DNA of 2,827 nucleotides from Enterobacteria phage CUS-3: sequence record FN394999.1; one strand, 5' to 3'. Shown piece by piece: positions 1 to 2,827 of this stretch (position 1 is its first letter; each line of letters starts with the position of its first letter). The notes under the pieces were generated by a model. It saw only the letters and a program-made list of their open reading frames with translations, ran no database searches and was not told where the DNA came from. The position numbers and the translations under genes were made by a program.

Positions 1-543
1 ATGGCACGCCCAACAAAGTATCAAGAGGCGTATGCCGAACAGGCACGCAAACTGTGCTTGCTGGGCTACACCGATGCAGAACTTGCTGATTTCTTTGAAG
101 TCAGTGAGTCAACTATTAACAAGTGGAAGCTTGATTATCCTGAGTTTTCGGAGTCCATAAAAAAGGGTAAGGCCGTCGCTGATGCAGAAGTTAGTGATCG
201 TCTTTATCAACGCGCTATGGGCTTCGTGGCTCCAGATATCGATATTCGTGTTATTGAAAACAGAATTGTCGAAACTCCGCTTGAGAAGTATTACCCGCCT
301 GATACAACCGCTGCCATTTTCTGGCTTAAGAACCGACAGAAGGATAAATGGCGCGACAAGGTTGATCACGAGCTAACAGGCAAAGACGGCGGCGCAATTC
401 AGATTGAAACATCACCGATGAGCACTCTATTCGGAAAANNNNNNNNNNNNNNNNNNNNNNNNNNNNNNNNNNNNNNNNNNNNNNNNNNNNNNNNNNNNNN
501 NNNNNNNNNNNNNNNNNNNNNNNNNNNNNNNNNNNNNNTCTGA
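1..543 (+). CDS. Small-terminase-like DNA-binding protein (HTH-type, Sf6 gp1-like family); 3' end lies in or just after the N run
   Basis: ATG at 1; frame 1 is open through 438 (146 readable codons), then the N run; the first visible in-frame stop is TGA 541-543. The translation has an HTH-like segment (TDAELADFFEVSESTINKWK) followed by AAIFWLKNRQKDKWRDK, a pattern I recall from phage small-terminase DNA-binding domains. The true stop may lie inside 439-538. Confidence 0.6.
   Translation: MARPTKYQEAYAEQARKLCLLGYTDAELADFFEVSESTINKWKLDYPEFSESIKKGKAVADAEVSDRLYQRAMGFVAPDIDIRVIENRIVETPLEKYYPPDTTAAIFWLKNRQKDKWRDKVDHELTGKDGGAIQIETSPMSTLFGKXXXXXXXXXXXXXXXXXXXXXXXXXXXXXXXXXX
439..538. other. Run of 100 N (masked or unsequenced); hides the 3' end of gene 1 and the start of the tailspike-like gene
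   Basis: Directly visible as n characters in the sequence. Confidence 1.
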
Positions 544-1762
544 GCCATGTGTAAAATATTATGATGGCATTCTGTATCTGACGACCAGGGGGACATTAAG
601 TACTCAACCCGGTAGTTCATTGCACAGAAGCTCTGATTTAGGTACATCATGGAATTCTCTTCGCTTCCCAAATAATGTTCATCACTCAAACCTTCCTTTT
701 GCCAAAGTTGGCGATGAGCTGATTATTTTTGGCAGTGAGCGCGCATTTGGTGAGTGGGAAGGAGGAGAACCTGATAACCGTTATGCAGGAAACTATCCAA
801 GAACATTTATGACCAGAGTTAACGTCAATGAGTGGAGTCTGGATAATGTAGAGTGGGTTAATGTTACTGATCAGATTTATCAGGGCGGAATAGTTAACTC
901 TGCGGTTGGTGTTGGTTCAGTTTGTATCAAAGACAACTGGCTGTACTACATTTTCGGTGGGGAAGACTTTCTAAACCCATGGAGCATAGGGGATAACAAC
1001 AGAAAATATCCTTATGTTCACGATGGTCACNNNNNNNNNNNNNNNNNNNNNNNNNNNNNNNNNNNNNNNNNNNNNNNNNNNNNNNNNNNNNNNNNNNNNN
1101 NNNNNNNNNNNNNNNNNNNNNNNNNNNNNNNNNNNNNNNNNNNNNNNNNNNNNNNNNNNNNNNNNNNNNNNNNNNNNNNNNNNNNNNNNNNNNNNNNNNN
1201 NNNNNNNNNNNNNNNNNNNNNNNNNNNNNNNNNNNNNNNNNNNNNNNNNNNNNNNNNNNNNNNNNNNNNNNNNNNNNNNNNNNNNNNNNNNNNNNNNNNN
1301 NNNNNNNNNNNNNNNNNNNNNAGCGGCGGTGAAACAACGTCTTCAGCAGATGGTGCAATGATAACGTTGCATGGTTCCGGAAGCAGTACTCCACGTCGCG
1401 CGGTATATAACGCACTCGAACATCTTTTTGAGAACGGAGATGTTAAACCTTATCTTGATAATGTAAATGCTCTTGGTGGTCCGAGAAACAGGTTCTCGAC
1501 AGTTTATCTTGGCTCCAATCCTGTGGTTACCAGTGACGGAACATTAAAGACAGAGCCGGTCTCTCCTGACGAAACATTGCTGGATGCCTGGGGTGACGTC
1601 AGGTATATCGCTTATAAATGGCTGAACGCTGTCGCTATAAAGGGGGAAGAAGGGGCGAGGATACATCATGGTGTAATCGCGCAGCAACTTCGTGATGTTC
1701 TTATTTCTCACGGACTCATGGAAGAAGAAAGCACAACATGCCGCTATGCCTTTCTTTGCTAT
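542..1762 (+). CDS. Tailspike/tail-fibre-like protein with sialidase-type (Asp-box) region and C-terminal S74 intramolecular chaperone domain; endosialidase-like candidate; both ends hidden in N runs
   Basis: Frame 2 (positions congruent to 2 mod 3) has no stop in any readable codon from 422 onward. Translation 542-1030: EPCVKYYDGILYLTTRGTLSTQPGSSLHRSSDLGTSWNSLRFPNN...NPWSIGDNNRKYPYVHDGH. Translation 1322-1762: SGGETTSSADGAMITLHGSGSSTPRRAVYNALEHLFENGDVKPYLDNVNALGGPRNRFSTVYLGSNPVVTSDGTLKTEPVSPDETLLDAWGDVRYIAYKWLNAVAIKGEEGARIHHGVIAQQLRDVLISHGLMEEESTTCRYAFLCY. The last in-frame stop upstream is TGA 419-421, so the start must lie in 422-541. The stop is presumably inside 1763-2179. The 291-nt N run is a multiple of 3, so the frame is kept if its length is faithful. 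Confidence 0.7.
629..652 (+). other. Asp-box-like motif (S-x-D-x-G-x-S-W), hallmark of sialidase beta-propellers
   Basis: Codons 629-652 encode SSDLGTSW. The canonical Asp box is S-x-D-x-G-x-T-W; here position 7 is Ser instead of Thr. Confidence 0.55.
1031..1321. other. Run of 291 N (masked or unsequenced) inside the tailspike-like ORF
   Basis: Directly visible as n characters. The length equals 97 codons, so the reading frame is preserved across it. Confidence 1.
1532..1762 (+). other. Peptidase S74-type C-terminal intramolecular chaperone domain (partial; continues into the N run)
   Basis: S-D-G-T-L-K at 1532-1549 matches the S-D-x-x-x-K Ser/Lys dyad spacing, followed by the conserved-looking core WGDVRYIAYKW...GARIHHGVIAQQLRDVL. 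This matches my recollection of the chaperone domain of endosialidases, K5 lyase and T5 L-shaped tail fibre. Confidence 0.75.
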
Positions 1763-2179
1763 NNNNNNNNNNNNNNNNNNNNNNNNNNNNNNNNNNNNNN
1801 NNNNNNNNNNNNNNNNNNNNNNNNNNNNNNNNNNNNNNNNNNNNNNNNNNNNNNNNNNNNNNNNNNNNNNNNNNNNNNNNNNNNNNNNNNNNNNNNNNNN
1901 NNNNNNNNNNNNNNNNNNNNNNNNNNNNNNNNNNNNNNNNNNNNNNNNNNNNNNNNNNNNNNNNNNNNNNNNNNNNNNNNNNNNNNNNNNNNNNNNNNNN
2001 NNNNNNNNNNNNNNNNNNNNNNNNNNNNNNNNNNNNNNNNNNNNNNNNNNNNNNNNNNNNNNNNNNNNNNNNNNNNNNNNNNNNNNNNNNNNNNNNNNNN
2101 NNNNNNNNNNNNNNNNNNNNNNNNNNNNNNNNNNNNNNNNNNNNNNNNNNNNNNNNNNNNNNNNNNNNNNNNNNNNNNN
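1763..2179. other. Run of 417 N (masked or unsequenced); presumably hides the tailspike 3' end, the intergenic region and possibly the true 5' end of the acetyltransferase gene
   Basis: Directly visible as n characters. The length equals 139 codons. Confidence 1.
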
Positions 2180-2827
2180 ATGTCGTTTTCCGTTGATGAT
2201 AATGGATCAGGTAATATTTTTGTATGTGGAGATCTTGTAAATAGCAAAGAGAATAAAGTTCAGTTCAATGGAAACAATAACAAACTTATTATAGAAGATG
2301 ATGTTGAGTGTCGATGGCTTACCGTAATATTTAGGGGTGATAATAATTACGTAAGAATACATAAAAACAGTAAGATTAAAGGTGATATTGTCGCAACAAA
2401 AGGTTCAAAAGTTATTATCGGTAGAAGAACGACAATAGGTGCAGGTTTTGAAGTCGTCACTGATAAGTGCAATGTTACAATTGGCCATGACTGCATGATA
2501 GCAAGAGATGTTATTTTGCGTGCATCAGATGGGCATCCTATATTTGATATTCATAGCAAAAAAAGGATTAATTGGGCAAAAGATATCATTATATCTAGTT
2601 ACGTATGGGTAGGGAGAAATGTCTCTATAATGAAAGGGGTATCTGTTGGAAGCGGATCTGTCATTGGGTATGGGAGTATTGTAACTAAAGATGTGCCATC
2701 TATGTGTGCAGCAGCCGGTAATCCAGCAAAAATAATAAAAAGAAATATAATATGGGCAAGAACGGATAAAGCGGAGCTAATTAGTGATGACAAGAGATGC
2801 TCCAGCTATCATGCGAAGCTCACGCAA
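2180..2827 (+). CDS. Hexapeptide-repeat (left-handed beta-helix) acyl/acetyltransferase; candidate capsule or O-antigen O-acetyltransferase (NeuO-like hypothesis); 3' partial, 5' end possibly upstream in the N run
   Basis: ATG at 2180-2182 is the first readable codon after the N run. Frame 2 then gives 216 codons with no stop to the window end: MSFSVDDNGSGNIFVCGDLVNSKENKVQFNGNNNKLIIEDDVECRWLTVIFRGDNNYVRIHKNSKIKGDIVATKGSKVIIGRRTTIGAGFEVVTDKCNVTIGHDCMIARDVILRASDGHPIF...YVWVGRNVSIMKGVSVGSGSVIGYGSIVTKDVPSMCAAAGNPAKIIKRNIIW...KLTQ. It shows imperfect hexapeptide repeats and the typical C-terminal signature (VWVGRNVSI, GSVIGYGSIVTKDVP, AAGNPAKIIK) of CysE/LacA/NeuD-type acetyltransferases. Very AT-rich with rare codons (ATA, AGA, AGG). 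Confidence 0.8.
   Translation, partial: MSFSVDDNGSGNIFVCGDLVNSKENKVQFNGNNNKLIIEDDVECRWLTVIFRGDNNYVRIHKNSKIKGDIVATKGSKVIIGRRTTIGAGFEVVTDKCNVTIGHDCMIARDVILRASDGHPIFDIHSKKRINWAKDIIISSYVWVGRNVSIMKGVSVGSGSVIGYGSIVTKDVPSMCAAAGNPAKIIKRNIIWARTDKAELISDDKRCSSYHAKLTQ

Noticed and set aside
109-369. Minus-strand ORF of 86 aa from the six-frame track
   Set aside because: It lies entirely antisense within the strongly supported terminase-like CDS, is low-complexity and hydrophobic, and has no recognisable motif. Typical spurious antisense ORF.
182-376. Plus-strand frame-2 ORF of 64 aa inside gene 1
   Set aside because: Out-of-frame overlap with the terminase-like CDS; no domain signal.
399-689. Minus-strand ORF of 96 aa spanning the first N run
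   Set aside because: About a third of it is N-derived X residues and the rest is antisense to the Asp-box coding region; an artefact of translating across masked bases.
1014-1361. Plus-strand frame-3 ORF of 115 aa
   Set aside because: Almost entirely X from the N run; out of frame with the motif-supported frame 2.
927-1415. Minus-strand ORF of 162 aa
   Set aside because: Mostly X from the 291-nt N run; the readable ends are antisense to the tailspike ORF.
439-2179. The three N runs considered as biological low-complexity or repeat features
   Set aside because: N is not sequence. They are gaps or masks and are reported only as such; lengths of 291 and 417 being multiples of 3 may be coincidental or may reflect masking of known coding segments.
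1692-2247. Three track ORFs spanning the 417-nt N run (1692..2240 +, 1738..2196 +, 1759..2247 -)
   Set aside because: Their length comes from the N run translating as X; the readable parts are out of frame with or antisense to the supported CDSs.
2736-2760. AT-rich stretch with a TATAAT hexamer at 2746-2751, considered as an internal promoter
   Set aside because: It lies inside the acetyltransferase coding sequence in a gene that is about 30% GC throughout, so -10-like hexamers are expected by chance; there is no convincing -35 partner at the right spacing.
2599-2793. Minus-strand ORF of 64 aa
   Set aside because: Antisense to the best-supported part of the acetyltransferase (its C-terminal hexapeptide signature); hydrophobic low-complexity translation typical of AT-rich antisense.
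1-2827. Search for tRNA, rRNA, CRISPR arrays, IS-element inverted repeats and obvious rho-independent terminators
   Set aside because: Nothing convincing was found in the readable sequence: no repeat-spacer periodicity, no cloverleaf-compatible segments, no GC-rich hairpin followed by a T tract. All intergenic regions are hidden in the N runs.

Overview
The window reads as a phage/prophage host-recognition module on the + strand, interrupted by three N runs (439-538, 1031-1321, 1763-2179) that hide every gene boundary. (1) 1..<=543 is a small-terminase-like HTH protein. (2) Frame 2 from <=542 to >=1762 is a tailspike-like protein with a sialidase-type Asp-box region and a C-terminal S74-type intramolecular chaperone (autoproteolytic) domain. 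(3) 2180 to the window end is an AT-rich hexapeptide-repeat acyl/acetyltransferase with no stop in the window. The tailspike-plus-acetyltransferase pairing resembles known capsule-modifying prophage modules (K1 prophage CUS-3 endosialidase/neuO; Sf6 tailspike/oac), so it is probably a variant of described biology rather than a new system. The unusual points are the terminase-like gene sitting directly upstream of the tailspike with room for at most 40 N-terminal codons, the compact sialidase region, and the strong compositional shift at the acetyltransferase. The supplied ORF track missed genes 2 and 3 because frame 2 has no stop codon from 422 to 2827. No RNA genes, CRISPR arrays or visible tandem repeats were found. 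All homology statements are from reading translations and memory of family motifs; no searches were run.
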